Source: a virus
Strand: one strand, 5' to 3'
Length of the DNA stretch: 64,000 bases
IMG/VR virus record: IMGVR_UViG_3300029887_000017
Below, piece by piece: positions 28,076 through 37,654 of this stretch. A model generated the notes under the pieces. The model saw only the letters and a list, made by a program, of their open reading frames with translations, was not told the DNA's origin and searched no databases. Positions within the stretch are counted from its first letter, which is position 1. Each line of letters starts with the position of its first letter. Both the position numbers and the translations under genes were made by a program.

Positions 28076-28264
28076 ATGGACAAAAAGGAACTGTTGGAGC
28101 TGATAGAAGAGAAAATAGATGATGTTTTTCTTGAATATCAGAAAAAAAATGACATTAAAAGCGGGGACATATCCCCGGAGCAGGCTTTAAGGCTTGATGA
28201 ACTGCAGAACGAGCTTGCAGATCTGGTGATGCATGTAGGAAGTAGACAGGAGGAACATTCATGA
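28076..28264 (+). CDS. hypothetical protein (62 aa)
   Basis: ORF behind promoter cassette. Confidence 0.5.
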   Translation: MDKKELLELIEEKIDDVFLEYQKKNDIKSGDISPEQALRLDELQNELADLVMHVGSRQEEHS

Positions 28265-28548
28265 AAAGAACTGAAGAAATGGCAAAAATCATGGCTGAAA
28301 GTATTGAATACCTTGACAAATATATCAAGGTGACAGATGCGGTCAAAGCCAAAATTACAAAACATGTCAGACGATATAACATTAAACCTGAAATCTGCGC
28401 GTGGTATGCAGACTGGAATGATTTCTGCAGCGACTGGTGCGACGGCTGTGGCTACACAAGAACCGAAGCCAGAGCCATAAGACACGGCGGACATGGCGAG
28501 TTTATGGATCTTCCAAATAAGAAGGGCATCGTCAGGTTTGTGATTTAA
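28261..28548 (+). CDS. hypothetical Cys-rich protein (95 aa)
   Basis: ATGA overlap with upstream gene. Confidence 0.5.
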   Translation: MKRTEEMAKIMAESIEYLDKYIKVTDAVKAKITKHVRRYNIKPEICAWYADWNDFCSDWCDGCGYTRTEARAIRHGGHGEFMDLPNKKGIVRFVI

Positions 28549-28564
28549 GAAATGGAGGAACAAA

Positions 28565-29293
28565 ATGGAATACATTAAAGAAATGCTGCAAGAAGCTGGT
28601 CTTTCAAAGACAGAGGCTTCAAAGATTGCAAAGAAAAAGGAAAGCCTTGCAGCATGGCTCAAAAAGGCTGTGTGCGCAATGGATGCGGTCAGCGTGATAA
28701 ACCGCGAAGCGAATCTTGCAAATGCCGGGCTTGTGGAATACTCGGAGACGCTTGATGATATGGATGAATGCGAAGAGCATATAGAGAAAATCCTTGAGCT
28801 GACAGAGGACATTCTTGGCAGTACAAAAAAGCCACAGGATTTGCCAGACATGCGAAAGGTCTGGATTAACCAGATCAACCTGCTTCGCGCGGTTGCAGAT
28901 GACATCATAAAAAACAAACCGACCCCAGAACTGTACAGGTATCTGACACATGAGTATCCGTTCATTTCAACTGAATGGCCATGTAACGAAGACGGCAGTA
29001 TCAGGGCATCTGTATCTGACAGGGTACGCCTTAATTATGGCGAAGCATATGCATACATTCACCTTGATGAAAGACTCAGACCGACAGGAGAAGTTACATG
29101 GGACACCGAAGAAATGGGGGTCAGTGATGAAGCTTCATCTGATGCTGAGATGACAAAAGCTGAGCTTAAGGCCATGTCAAAAAAGCAGGCGCACGCGATG
29201 GCTGAGTGCATTGATGAAAACTATTACAGCATGAAAGATGAAACGCCTGTTGAGTACAGGCCATTTGCAGATGACTTTAAAATAAGAGAGTAA
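28565..29293 (+). CDS. hypothetical protein (242 aa)
   Basis: ORF behind aaatggaggaacaaaATG. Confidence 0.55.
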   Translation: MEYIKEMLQEAGLSKTEASKIAKKKESLAAWLKKAVCAMDAVSVINREANLANAGLVEYSETLDDMDECEEHIEKILELTEDILGSTKKPQDLPDMRKVWINQINLLRAVADDIIKNKPTPELYRYLTHEYPFISTEWPCNEDGSIRASVSDRVRLNYGEAYAYIHLDERLRPTGEVTWDTEEMGVSDEASSDAEMTKAELKAMSKKQAHAMAECIDENYYSMKDETPVEYRPFADDFKIRE

Positions 29294-29326
29294 ATGCATG
29301 TTTCATTAGAGATTGGAGGATATGAC

Positions 29327-29611
29327 ATGATTACAAGAGAAATGATTAGAAATGGTTTTGAATCTGGAACTGTTTCAATCGAAGAAGAATATGCAGGATG
29401 TATTGGCATCTGCTGTAGAATTGGTGATAACGCATTTTATTTTCTCGGTTCAGAAGATAATGATTTAACAAAAGAAGAATATTGGAAATCATATACATTA
29501 GATATGACAATAGATATGATTTTTAATATACTGAAAGACGTTGAATCTGCTGAAGAACACGGATTAGATGAAACTGAGTTAGATTATTATATATCTGTAT
29601 TAGCGTATTAG
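29327..29611 (+). CDS. hypothetical protein (94 aa)
   Basis: start set behind gattggaggatatgacATG. Confidence 0.5.
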   Translation: MITREMIRNGFESGTVSIEEEYAGCIGICCRIGDNAFYFLGSEDNDLTKEEYWKSYTLDMTIDMIFNILKDVESAEEHGLDETELDYYISVLAY

Positions 29612-29654
29612 CCGAATGAAACTAAGATTTCTTGATAAGATTGGAGAAATTAAT

Positions 29655-29834
29655 ATGGAGGAAAAAATCAAGCAAAGGAGTAACAGAATGGTTAAGAACA
29701 TATACTGCAAGCGCTGCGGACACAAAGTTGTCCGCGAGACATGTAAAGAGCTGAAGAAGACATATCCTTTTTATTGTGCAAACTGCGATGAGGATATGTT
29801 TAGATTTGAGACGTATAAGAAAGGTAAAAGGTAA
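29655..29834 (+). CDS. zinc-ribbon small protein (59 aa)
   Basis: CKRCGHK..CANCDE; behind TTTCTTGATAAGATTGGAG motif. Confidence 0.5.
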   Translation: MEEKIKQRSNRMVKNIYCKRCGHKVVRETCKELKKTYPFYCANCDEDMFRFETYKKGKR

Positions 29835-29840
29835 TTAAAA

Positions 29841-30080
29841 ATGGGTGAAAACATTGTATTGGACAGAGTTACAAGTAAGAACAAAAGCGAATGCTGTGAT
29901 TTTGTAGCATGTAATAACTGCGGAAGAGCAATGCTGATAAATCACGGAGAAAACACCTGTCCCGAATGTGACTGTAATGGAACTTTATCATGGATGGAAG
30001 AAGATTTCGAGGAAATCAATTATGATAATGCTCCAGATATATTAGCAGGAATGGGATATACGCTGTGTGATACGGAGTAA
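29841..30080 (+). CDS. zinc-ribbon small protein (79 aa)
   Basis: CNNCG..CPECDC. Confidence 0.5.
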   Translation: MGENIVLDRVTSKNKSECCDFVACNNCGRAMLINHGENTCPECDCNGTLSWMEEDFEEINYDNAPDILAGMGYTLCDTE

Positions 30081-30098
30081 AGAATTGGAGGAAAGATT

Positions 30099-30431
30099 AT
30101 GACATGGGATGAATTAAATGAAAAATATCCAGAAGCAAGGGATGAAATGAGCGCAGACAGAAAAAGAGATTTCTTAAAAGACTTGTATGATGCTTATGAA
30201 GCCGTTGGATTTGTAGACAAATTTTGGACTCCATTTGATTTGAATGATGAAGACAAAAGTTATGTTGGAAAACCATTTAAGGTGGTTGGAAGATGTGAGG
30301 AAGGTAAGGAATGGGATTTAGAATCTTTACCTGCTTGGAAAATCGAATTTGAAAATGGACATAAAATGGATGCGTATCCAGAAGAAATTTACTTAAAAGA
30401 CATGATTGCAAATGGATATAACCCACATTGA
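30099..30431 (+). CDS. hypothetical protein (110 aa)
   Basis: ORF behind aattggaggaaagattATG. Confidence 0.5.
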   Translation: MTWDELNEKYPEARDEMSADRKRDFLKDLYDAYEAVGFVDKFWTPFDLNDEDKSYVGKPFKVVGRCEEGKEWDLESLPAWKIEFENGHKMDAYPEEIYLKDMIANGYNPH

Positions 30432-30512
30432 CATTTAATATGATAGAAATTCGCATCTCAGAAGAAAGAAAAAAAGGAAACTAAAATTTCTTGATAAGAT
30501 TGGAGGAAAGAT

Positions 30513-30698
30513 ATGTTAGATTTGAATAAAATAGTAAACAACGAGATTGAGAAAGCATACTTAAAAGGAAGAAAAGAAGCAGCGAGTGAGTTAGGAGACA
30601 TATTATCAAAGAAAAATAATAACAATGCATATGAAATTGACATGCAGATGATTGACAAAATATCTGAAGAATTAAACCGTGAATGGTCTTTGGACTAA
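30513..30698 (+). CDS. hypothetical protein (61 aa)
   Basis: behind TTTCTTGATAAGATTGGAGG motif. Confidence 0.5.
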   Translation: MLDLNKIVNNEIEKAYLKGRKEAASELGDILSKKNNNNAYEIDMQMIDKISEELNREWSLD

Positions 30699-30721
30699 GA
30701 TTTATAAGGAGAACAGATAAA

Positions 30722-30889
30722 ATGGAAGAGTATATTAGAGAAATTGAACAAATTGCAGCTGAATGCACAGAAAACCAATCTGATGGATATTCACAAATTA
30801 TGAGAATTTGTGATGCAATGAGAGAACAACAGAGATATTGCTTAGGATATATGTCTAAAAACGAAATAGCATCGCCTCAATTTGATTAG
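30722..30889 (+). CDS. hypothetical protein (55 aa)
   Basis: start set behind ataaggagaacagataaaATG. Confidence 0.45.
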   Translation: MEEYIREIEQIAAECTENQSDGYSQIMRICDAMREQQRYCLGYMSKNEIASPQFD

Positions 30890-30961
30890 ATTTGAAACTA
30901 AAATAAGAGGTGTGTTGGTACAAATGAATTCGTATTTCGTTAGAAAGAGAGGAAAATTTTT

Positions 30962-31219
30962 ATGAAACAGATTATCAACTTTATCGACGCTGATGTCGAT
31001 GGATGTGGAACAGACGTTGAAACAATGATTCAGATTGAGGGTGATCAGGCGTTAACAAACGGAGCTATTAAAAGAATCAAGGATGCCATCGAAAGATATA
31101 AAAAAGAAAATTATGGCAAATGCAGTCCGGATGATGTTGTTGAAGCCGCATGCGAGCAGTTAGGCCGTGAAGGATATATTTACGAATATCTTTCAGAAGA
31201 TGTGACTATCGAGTTCTGA
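30962..31219 (+). CDS. hypothetical protein (85 aa)
   Basis: ORF. Confidence 0.5.
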   Translation: MKQIINFIDADVDGCGTDVETMIQIEGDQALTNGAIKRIKDAIERYKKENYGKCSPDDVVEAACEQLGREGYIYEYLSEDVTIEF

Positions 31220-31257
31220 TAAAACTAATATTTTTTGATAAGATTGGAGGAAACGTT

Positions 31258-31617
31258 ATGTTGATTGATAAAGTAATTGAAATAATGCTTGGTGAAGATG
31301 CAGAAATGATAGCTGATTTTTTAGGTTATAAACTAGATGATGAGGTTTTAAATGATAATCAGTTACTTGAAGAGGAACTTGAAAATGCAGCAAGACAAAT
31401 GCCTGATGATATTTTGATGAAATTCTATGAAAAAAGCCAAGAAAAATCAAGAAGAGAATCAGAAAAAAAATATTGTTTGCAAGCAATAGAAAATCTTCTA
31501 ACTGATATGGAAGATTACAAAAGTAAATTGCAGTATAAAGATAAAACGGAAAGTATTATTGAAGTAATTGATATTGCAATTACAAACATTGAAACATTAA
31601 AATCTGATATAGAATAG
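31258..31617 (+). CDS. hypothetical protein (119 aa)
   Basis: behind TTTTTTGATAAGATTGGAGG motif. Confidence 0.5.
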   Translation: MLIDKVIEIMLGEDAEMIADFLGYKLDDEVLNDNQLLEEELENAARQMPDDILMKFYEKSQEKSRRESEKKYCLQAIENLLTDMEDYKSKLQYKDKTESIIEVIDIAITNIETLKSDIE

Positions 31618-31878
31618 ACTTATTAGTGAATATTAACTTTATAGTCCATACAAAAAGAAGAGCTCCAGACGGGGCTCTTTTTTTCATGCAAAAAAATAGG
31701 AACCGGACATTTCCGGTTCCCGTTTACAAAGGAGAAAGCTTTTGAAAAACTTCCGATATAAGTATGATTTATTTTTCTAACGTTTTTGCAAAAAAAATCA
31801 AAATTTAATGAATTCTGGCGTTTTTGAAAAGTCTAACATACTTTCCATATAAAAAAGAAGAAAGGAGAACAACAAAAA

Positions 31879-32160
31879 ATGGATATTGAAGAAACAAAGG
31901 AGAGGGACTGCAAGTCTCTATCTTTAATGAAACAGCTCATACGCTCTGACGCTGCAAAACTGCTCTCGCAACTGGTCGGCAGTGAGTATGCAGAGGATAT
32001 CCTGAATAACAAAACAGGAGCAGATGAAACCATTGGCGATGCTGTAGTGAATGAAGTGACAAAACATGCCATCAATACAGACAGCGGGTGCAGTTACAAA
32101 GACATCAGGAATGCACTTGGCAAAGTCATTGCAGAAAGATTGACAATACAAGAGTCATAA
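31879..32160 (+). CDS. hypothetical protein (93 aa)
   Basis: behind promoter cassette 31826-31868. Confidence 0.55.
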   Translation: MDIEETKERDCKSLSLMKQLIRSDAAKLLSQLVGSEYAEDILNNKTGADETIGDAVVNEVTKHAINTDSGCSYKDIRNALGKVIAERLTIQES

Positions 32161-32181
32161 GAAAGGATTGGAGGAAAAATA

Positions 32182-32475
32182 ATGAAAAAATATACAGTAA
32201 GTACAGCGACATTATTTAATGTATTAACAGGTTTTGATAATGAAGAAGAATATGTACCACTGGAATACGGTGGATATATTCAAAAGGAAACAGATGGAGA
32301 TAAGGAGTGGTTTGATTTGAAAACCGATAATGGAACTCCTTGTATGGATGGAGAAACCTGTGAATTGATTGAAGAAACAGATGATTATATTGTCTTACAA
32401 GAGGAAGATGAACAAATTCCATTTAAACTATCAAGACGGGAATTTGAAATTGCAGCTACCTTATGTGTTGCATAA
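32182..32475 (+). CDS. hypothetical protein (97 aa)
   Basis: ORF behind gattggaggaaaaataATG. Confidence 0.5.
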   Translation: MKKYTVSTATLFNVLTGFDNEEEYVPLEYGGYIQKETDGDKEWFDLKTDNGTPCMDGETCELIEETDDYIVLQEEDEQIPFKLSRREFEIAATLCVA

Positions 32476-32509
32476 TGCAGGACCTGTAAGAAAAGATTGG
32501 AGGAAAACA

Positions 32510-32740
32510 ATGAAAAAATACACATGGAATGAAATTTATGCGGCAGCAGAAGGATGCGGCTGCGGAGAAAGCGGCTTAAGAGCCAAGGACAACGCAAGAG
32601 AAAATGTGCGCTGTCTTGCACTGGAGCGTGGCGAAGCGGACCTTGAAGAAGCAGAGTGTCCGGAGGACGAAGTGGAATATTATAGCAACAAATACAGTAT
32701 CTTATTCGACGAAGACGGTCATATAGTTGACCAGAACTAG
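32510..32740 (+). CDS. hypothetical protein (76 aa)
   Basis: start set behind gattggaggaaaacaATG. Confidence 0.5.
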   Translation: MKKYTWNEIYAAAEGCGCGESGLRAKDNARENVRCLALERGEADLEEAECPEDEVEYYSNKYSILFDEDGHIVDQN

Positions 32741-32779
32741 AAAAGATGCTGGCAGGTAAAGAAACAAGGAGGAAAAAGT

Positions 32780-33040
32780 ATGTCAAAATACGATGATTAT
32801 GAGTCTGACTGGATTATTGCAGTCGCAAATACGGCGGCTGATGGCACATTAGTATACAGATTCAGAGAAACTGCAGATAAAGTAAGAGCAAAGCTTGCAG
32901 AGCTTGCAAAGAAGGACATAGAAAATGACCCGGATAACATCTGTGGCGGCTGTGGCAGAGAGTTCAGTGCATACATTGAATTCAGCGATTATCACATCAC
33001 ATATCAGGCGATTCAGTTGTGTCAGATAGATTTCATTTGA
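32780..33040 (+). CDS. hypothetical protein (86 aa)
   Basis: ORF behind aaggaggaaaaagtATG. Confidence 0.5.
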   Translation: MSKYDDYESDWIIAVANTAADGTLVYRFRETADKVRAKLAELAKKDIENDPDNICGGCGREFSAYIEFSDYHITYQAIQLCQIDFI

Positions 33041-33133
33041 AAATGAAAAATATTTCATTTGGGAATGTGATGACGACAATAACTATTACAATGCCGAAGT
33101 AAGATGAAACGATGATTTCATATGGAGGATAAG

Positions 33134-33319
33134 ATGAGTAGAACAACAAGAAATATTAATTACATTACAAAAGAGTTAGATAGAATTAGTGGCTTAGACG
33201 GAATTGTAGCAGACAAAACGGAAAAACTTGCAATTGAAGTACACGAAATGGTAGAAGATATTCTCGATAACCATGCTAACGCAAGTATTTTTGATTATGA
33301 AGGAAAAGGAGAAAATTGA
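33134..33319 (+). CDS. hypothetical protein (61 aa)
   Basis: start set behind tggaggataagATG. Confidence 0.45.
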   Translation: MSRTTRNINYITKELDRISGLDGIVADKTEKLAIEVHEMVEDILDNHANASIFDYEGKGEN

Positions 33320-33323
33320 CAAT

Positions 33324-33533
33324 ATGAAAATTTTCAGTTGGCAAGCAAAAGTCGGAGGTGATGTGATTGCAGACGGTTATCTGTTGGCGAAAGACCGGAA
33401 AGAAGCGGAAGAAAAATTAAAATATGTTCCATATCATGACACTCATGAAGTTGTCGAGTTAGACGATGACGATTGCGGTCATGACGGAAAAGAAATTAAT
33501 GAGCAAGGCATTGCTGTAAGATGGTTCGACTAA
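33324..33533 (+). CDS. hypothetical protein (69 aa)
   Basis: start set behind aaggagaaaattgacaatATG. Confidence 0.45.
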   Translation: MKIFSWQAKVGGDVIADGYLLAKDRKEAEEKLKYVPYHDTHEVVELDDDDCGHDGKEINEQGIAVRWFD

Positions 33534-33747
33534 GTCAAAAACATCAAAGGTCTGAAAGAATGGAATAAATAAATGACAAAAAAAGAAAATGAAGACTGCG
33601 AAAAAGTGATGAATGAAGCTATCCGAATAGCAAATAAGTGAATATCTTTCAGAAACAGAAATTGAAGAATGCGAGGTATTATCTATAACTTGTGCAAGGG
33701 TAAGATAAACCTATGAAACGGAAATTTCTTGAAGAAAGGTGATAAGT

Positions 33748-33996
33748 ATGGTAATTGAAACATGGAGAAAAGTGTATAACGGAAAAATAATTAACATTAT
33801 AGTAAAACATGATGATTGGTGGTATCAAGCTTTTGTAAATGAAAAACCTATAACAAAAGCAGATGGAAGTCTTGAGAGTTTGCATAACATTTTGTATGGA
33901 AACGGTTGTCAGCGAAAAATTAAAGAGAATTCATTTGAAGAAAAATATGTTGATTTAATGAATTGGCAGAAAATCGACTGGCATAAAATATTTTAA
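33748..33996 (+). CDS. hypothetical protein (82 aa)
   Basis: ORF. Confidence 0.45.
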   Translation: MVIETWRKVYNGKIINIIVKHDDWWYQAFVNEKPITKADGSLESLHNILYGNGCQRKIKENSFEEKYVDLMNWQKIDWHKIF

Positions 33997-34140
33997 GGAA
34001 AAGGAGGAGCAAAAATAACAGTAAAAGAATTTCTGTCAAATATTACTGATTCTATTCCATATTACGGAAGAATCAGTGTTGAGATAGAAAAATAAGAATA
34101 AGAATTCATTTTTTACAAAGAGAGTCGCAGATGCGGCTCT

Positions 34141-34203
34141 TTTTTATATGGAAAGCCATATGCCGGTTTACGCAAAATCTAACATACTTTCCATATAAAA
34201 AAG
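34141..34203 (+). promoter_or_regulatory. archetypal promoter cassette: TTTTTATATGGAAAGCC-N26-TCTAACATAC-TTTCCATATAAAAAAG (15-bp inverted arms)
   Basis: follows terminator 34118-34146, precedes RBS/ATG 34225. Confidence 0.55.
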
Positions 34204-34224
34204 AAAAATGGAGGTAAATTGAAT

Positions 34225-34710
34225 ATGGATGTTTTTTTAAGAAACATAACAACGGATGAGGACGTAGAAGTTTCACTTCCAATGGACTCAGGAAAATTAA
34301 AGGAACTGACAGGTAAAGATGAGTGGATAATCGCTGACTCTCCGGTTGGAGAAGAGCTTACAAGCATATTAATGCTTAATGAGCTTGTTAAACGTTTTGG
34401 TGAGGAAAATCTTATGGTTCTTGCTGAGGCATTTCTTCTAAGCGAGATAGAAGAAAAAGAACCGGATGACTTTGTCATCATTGATTTCGATAATGAAACC
34501 GCCTGTTACAACGACGGCAACGGCTTCATATTTACCGACTGGGAAAAAGGATTTGTCCTTCATGACCTTGGGTATGTGGATTTTCCATTTAAGTACACAG
34601 ATGAAATGGAAGGATACGTAAAGTTTGAGCAGCTCTGGTATACAGCAGAAAGCTCAGGCTGGAATGCGGTTATCATTAACGGCAGACCTTATCTTGTCTG
34701 CAAGAATTAA
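34225..34710 (+). CDS. hypothetical protein (161 aa)
   Basis: ORF, ATG preferred over upstream TTG. Confidence 0.55.
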   Translation: MDVFLRNITTDEDVEVSLPMDSGKLKELTGKDEWIIADSPVGEELTSILMLNELVKRFGEENLMVLAEAFLLSEIEEKEPDDFVIIDFDNETACYNDGNGFIFTDWEKGFVLHDLGYVDFPFKYTDEMEGYVKFEQLWYTAESSGWNAVIINGRPYLVCKN

Positions 34711-34728
34711 AAAACGGAGGAAACAGAG

Positions 34729-34902
34729 ATGACAAAAACAGGCTGGTGGGGTGTTGATTTTAATATCACACTCGAAGGGGAAACAGTAAGATTTGACGAC
34801 TTAAGCGAGTGCTCGCAGGAGCATATCCTGCAGAAGATATCCGAAGGATATACAAGCGGAGAAGTCGTAGAAGAAGATGATGAGGAAGAGGAGGAACAAT
34901 AA
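34729..34902 (+). CDS. small acidic protein (57 aa)
   Basis: aacggaggaaacagagATG; stop overlaps next start (TAATG). Confidence 0.45.
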   Translation: MTKTGWWGVDFNITLEGETVRFDDLSECSQEHILQKISEGYTSGEVVEEDDEEEEEQ

Positions 34903-35492
34903 TGGGATGGACAAGTTATTACCCGACACATTTTACAAAAAGAGGCGCCATTGACCGCAAGGCCGAGTGCGACGCTTATTTCATGGAAGGATTAAACAGA
35001 GGAAACTTCCTTGTGCTTAAGTCAGCCATGAAAGGCAGCACATATTATGCTGCAGTAAAATCCATGGTTAGATACGCTGGCAAAGATGAGAATGGAAAGG
35101 ACATATATGAGCCGATAAATGATGGCAAGGTATGCGGATACGTATTCCTCACGGCAGTAGAAAAAGGTGAATTTTTCTACAAGGACATGAGCGAGTTCTC
35201 AGGTCCCGCACAGTGCGACTGTCCAAAGTCTATCATTAATCTGCTCAGCGAGACAGATGATGAGTGGGCACTTGAGTGGCGAAGACGCTGTCTTGAGCAG
35301 GCAGCCAAGCCGAAGCTGTCATCGCTTCCGGTTGGAACCGTGATAGAGTGGACGATATGCGACGAAACATACAGAGCTGTAAAAAGCGCTCCGGCATATC
35401 AGTTCAAACGTCCGTTCTGGCTGAAAACAGACGGTACAGCTTACATACCGAGCAAAAGAATCGCCGACAACTGGAAGGTTGTCGAGGCGTAG
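34902..35492 (+). CDS. hypothetical protein (196 aa)
   Basis: ORF. Confidence 0.55.
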   Translation: MGWTSYYPTHFTKRGAIDRKAECDAYFMEGLNRGNFLVLKSAMKGSTYYAAVKSMVRYAGKDENGKDIYEPINDGKVCGYVFLTAVEKGEFFYKDMSEFSGPAQCDCPKSIINLLSETDDEWALEWRRRCLEQAAKPKLSSLPVGTVIEWTICDETYRAVKSAPAYQFKRPFWLKTDGTAYIPSKRIADNWKVVEA

Positions 35493-35512
35493 AAAATAGG
35501 AGGAATGAAAAA

Positions 35513-36001
35513 ATGACACAAAAACAATTTGAAACAACAAAGCTTCGCCTTGAGACAGAGCGGGAGAAGCTGGAAAAGCTTTATAAGGACACTTTTCCTT
35601 TTAATGTAAAAGCTGCATATGTTACCTGCCGCGAATGCGGAAGTAAGATAAGCACTAAAGTCATGAAAGAGCGCAGATGCCGTGATATAGAGCAGGCGTG
35701 TCCTGTATGTGGCAGTTTTAAGGGCCTGTACAGTGTAACAGCAAACGAGCGCATAGCAAAAGCAAAGGCGCGCTGTTCAAAGGCAGACAAGGCTTTTGCA
35801 GAGGCTAAAAAGAAGCTTGATGCCACAGCGGCGAAGAATCCTGTGGATAAATTCAAGCAGGCGGTGGATGATGTCATGGAGGAACTTGAAATCATATATG
35901 ATGTCTATAAAGCCCCTGACTTCACTGAGATAAAAGGTGAAACAGGAGGAGATTTGAGGTGCATGCGTGTTTACAAAGACGGAAGTGTGTGCGAAAAATA
36001 A
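35513..36001 (+). CDS. coiled-coil/zinc-ribbon protein (162 aa)
   Basis: start set behind ataggaggaatgaaaaaATG; CRECGSK..CPVCGS. Confidence 0.55.
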   Translation: MTQKQFETTKLRLETEREKLEKLYKDTFPFNVKAAYVTCRECGSKISTKVMKERRCRDIEQACPVCGSFKGLYSVTANERIAKAKARCSKADKAFAEAKKKLDATAAKNPVDKFKQAVDDVMEELEIIYDVYKAPDFTEIKGETGGDLRCMRVYKDGSVCEK

Positions 36002-36136
36002 AATATCCAGTAAAAAAGGAGAGAGTCAGAAGTGGCTCTCTTTTTTTGTGCGGGTTTATATAGAAGAAGCAAAGCTTTTGAAAAAAATTAGTTCTAACAT
36101 ACTTTTTTTAAATTAAGAAAAAAGGAGGTATGTATT

Positions 36137-36457
36137 ATGGCAGAGTTTGTAATACCTACGTATGAACAGGAAAGAACAAATGTAAGAATTTGTTGCCTCT
36201 TAATCAGTGCAAAGGACGGCATGACTTCGAAAGATGTTTTAGAATCAATAAAAAAAGCCAGCACAGAGTACTGTACTACCCCAGAGGGCAGAATGATTTA
36301 TGAAAACAACTGTAATTGCTTCAATTACGGTGATTTCGATGTTTATGTGCCAAACGTCATCTGTAAAAAATACGGCATTAGCAAAAATGACTCAAAATAC
36401 AATTATATTGAGCCGGTGTGTTTCGATGAACAGCTTGTCGACGTAGCTGCTGAATGA
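36137..36457 (+). CDS. hypothetical protein (106 aa)
   Basis: behind promoter cassette 36090-36125. Confidence 0.55.
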   Translation: MAEFVIPTYEQERTNVRICCLLISAKDGMTSKDVLESIKKASTEYCTTPEGRMIYENNCNCFNYGDFDVYVPNVICKKYGISKNDSKYNYIEPVCFDEQLVDVAAE

Positions 36458-36586
36458 AAAAGAAAGGGGGCTTGCCCTCTTTCTTTTTTTTGCTCCCATC
36501 TGAACAATAGACACGATCATCCGATTTGAAAAATCTATCATACTTTCTATATAAAAAGAAAAAAGAAGAAAAGGAGAGAAAATAAA

Positions 36587-36880
36587 ATGAGCGATTTTAT
36601 TATAATCACAAAAGCCCGTGTTCTGGAGAACGAACCGGAGGAAATCGTAAAAGAGCAGGAAGAGAAAAGAAAAATCCTGGGACTGGGAGACAAAAACTTC
36701 CTGTGTCATTTTCACAGCTCGCCGTATACTTCCGACAGGATTGTTGAGATGCCGATTGAGTTTGCAATCCAGCATCTTGCAATAAAGGAAGGGTATGACA
36801 TGGTTCAGTTTTCGAACGGGAACTATGGATTCGTTGCATACTATAATGGTGTGCCAAATGGATTCGAGATTATTGGCTGA
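36587..36880 (+). CDS. hypothetical protein (97 aa)
   Basis: behind promoter cassette 36530-36565. Confidence 0.55.
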   Translation: MSDFIIITKARVLENEPEEIVKEQEEKRKILGLGDKNFLCHFHSSPYTSDRIVEMPIEFAIQHLAIKEGYDMVQFSNGNYGFVAYYNGVPNGFEIIG

Positions 36881-36908
36881 AAAAGAGGCGTCAGAATATC
36901 TGGCGTCT

Positions 36909-36966
36909 TTTTTTATATGGAAAGACATGGTTTTCACAAAATCTATCATACTTTCCATATAAAAAA
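36909..36966 (+). promoter_or_regulatory. promoter cassette (TTTTTTATATGGAAAGACA..ATCTATCATACTTTCCATATAAAAAAG)
   Basis: motif family member. Confidence 0.55.
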
Positions 36967-36986
36967 GAAAAAAGGAGGAAAACAAA

Positions 36987-37253
36987 ATGAGTATGAGTAA
37001 TATTGTTGAGGAATGGAACAACGCACGCATCAGGTATCAAAACAGATACTACGGTGCATGTAAAAAACTTAAGACAGGGGAAACAAATACTGATAATCAC
37101 GGAGCAATGCTTGAGATGAGCTATGTGCTTATTTCAATATTCGGCCTTTCTCCGAAAGAAGTTGATGAGGTTGAGAAAAACGGCGGATTCACAAACAAAG
37201 ATCTAAAGAAGATAGAGGAGGAGACAGAGAAGTATGTCAAGCTGTATCCATAA
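36987..37253 (+). CDS. hypothetical protein (88 aa)
   Basis: ORF behind aaaaggaggaaaacaaaATG. Confidence 0.55.
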   Translation: MSMSNIVEEWNNARIRYQNRYYGACKKLKTGETNTDNHGAMLEMSYVLISIFGLSPKEVDEVEKNGGFTNKDLKKIEEETEKYVKLYP

Positions 37254-37440
37254 AAAAATGAGCAAAATGATTAACAAAAATGTCATGGATGCAATCGCTG
37301 TGCTCATGGATAGTGATAAAAGAGAAGCAGTACACAGGGAGTTTGCCCCATGTACATACGAAAAATTCCTTGAGGAGTACTGCAAAAAAGATCCGCAGTT
37401 TGAGGATATCCTTAAGAATGAGTTTGGAATAGTGCTGTAG
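37234..37440 (+). CDS. hypothetical protein (68 aa)
   Basis: overlapping ORF with ggaggagacagagaagtATG. Confidence 0.45.
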   Translation: MSSCIHKKMSKMINKNVMDAIAVLMDSDKREAVHREFAPCTYEKFLEEYCKKDPQFEDILKNEFGIVL

Positions 37441-37453
37441 AAGGGAGAAAAGT

Positions 37454-37630
37454 ATGAGTAAACATATAATCACGTTAAGCGAGGTTATAGAACGTGCAAA
37501 CAACGGAGTGACAACCTTTTCAAGAAAGGACAATTCGCCAAGAGGCTGCAAGACAGTACCGGCGAGCGAAATCAAGGTTGGCGATGAGATAGTAATTGAT
37601 AATTATTTCACGTTGGTTGTTGAGGATTAA
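37454..37630 (+). CDS. small protein (58 aa)
   Basis: gaagggagaaaagtATG. Confidence 0.4.
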   Translation: MSKHIITLSEVIERANNGVTTFSRKDNSPRGCKTVPASEIKVGDEIVIDNYFTLVVED

Positions 37631-37654
37631 TATTAAGGAGGAACAAAAAATATT

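Noticed and set aside
28138-28965. 275-aa minus-strand ORF rich in Ser, antisense to four + strand genes
   Set aside because: Low-complexity, no RBS, and each overlapped + gene has its own RBS and cassette; typical antisense artefact of purine-rich coding strand.
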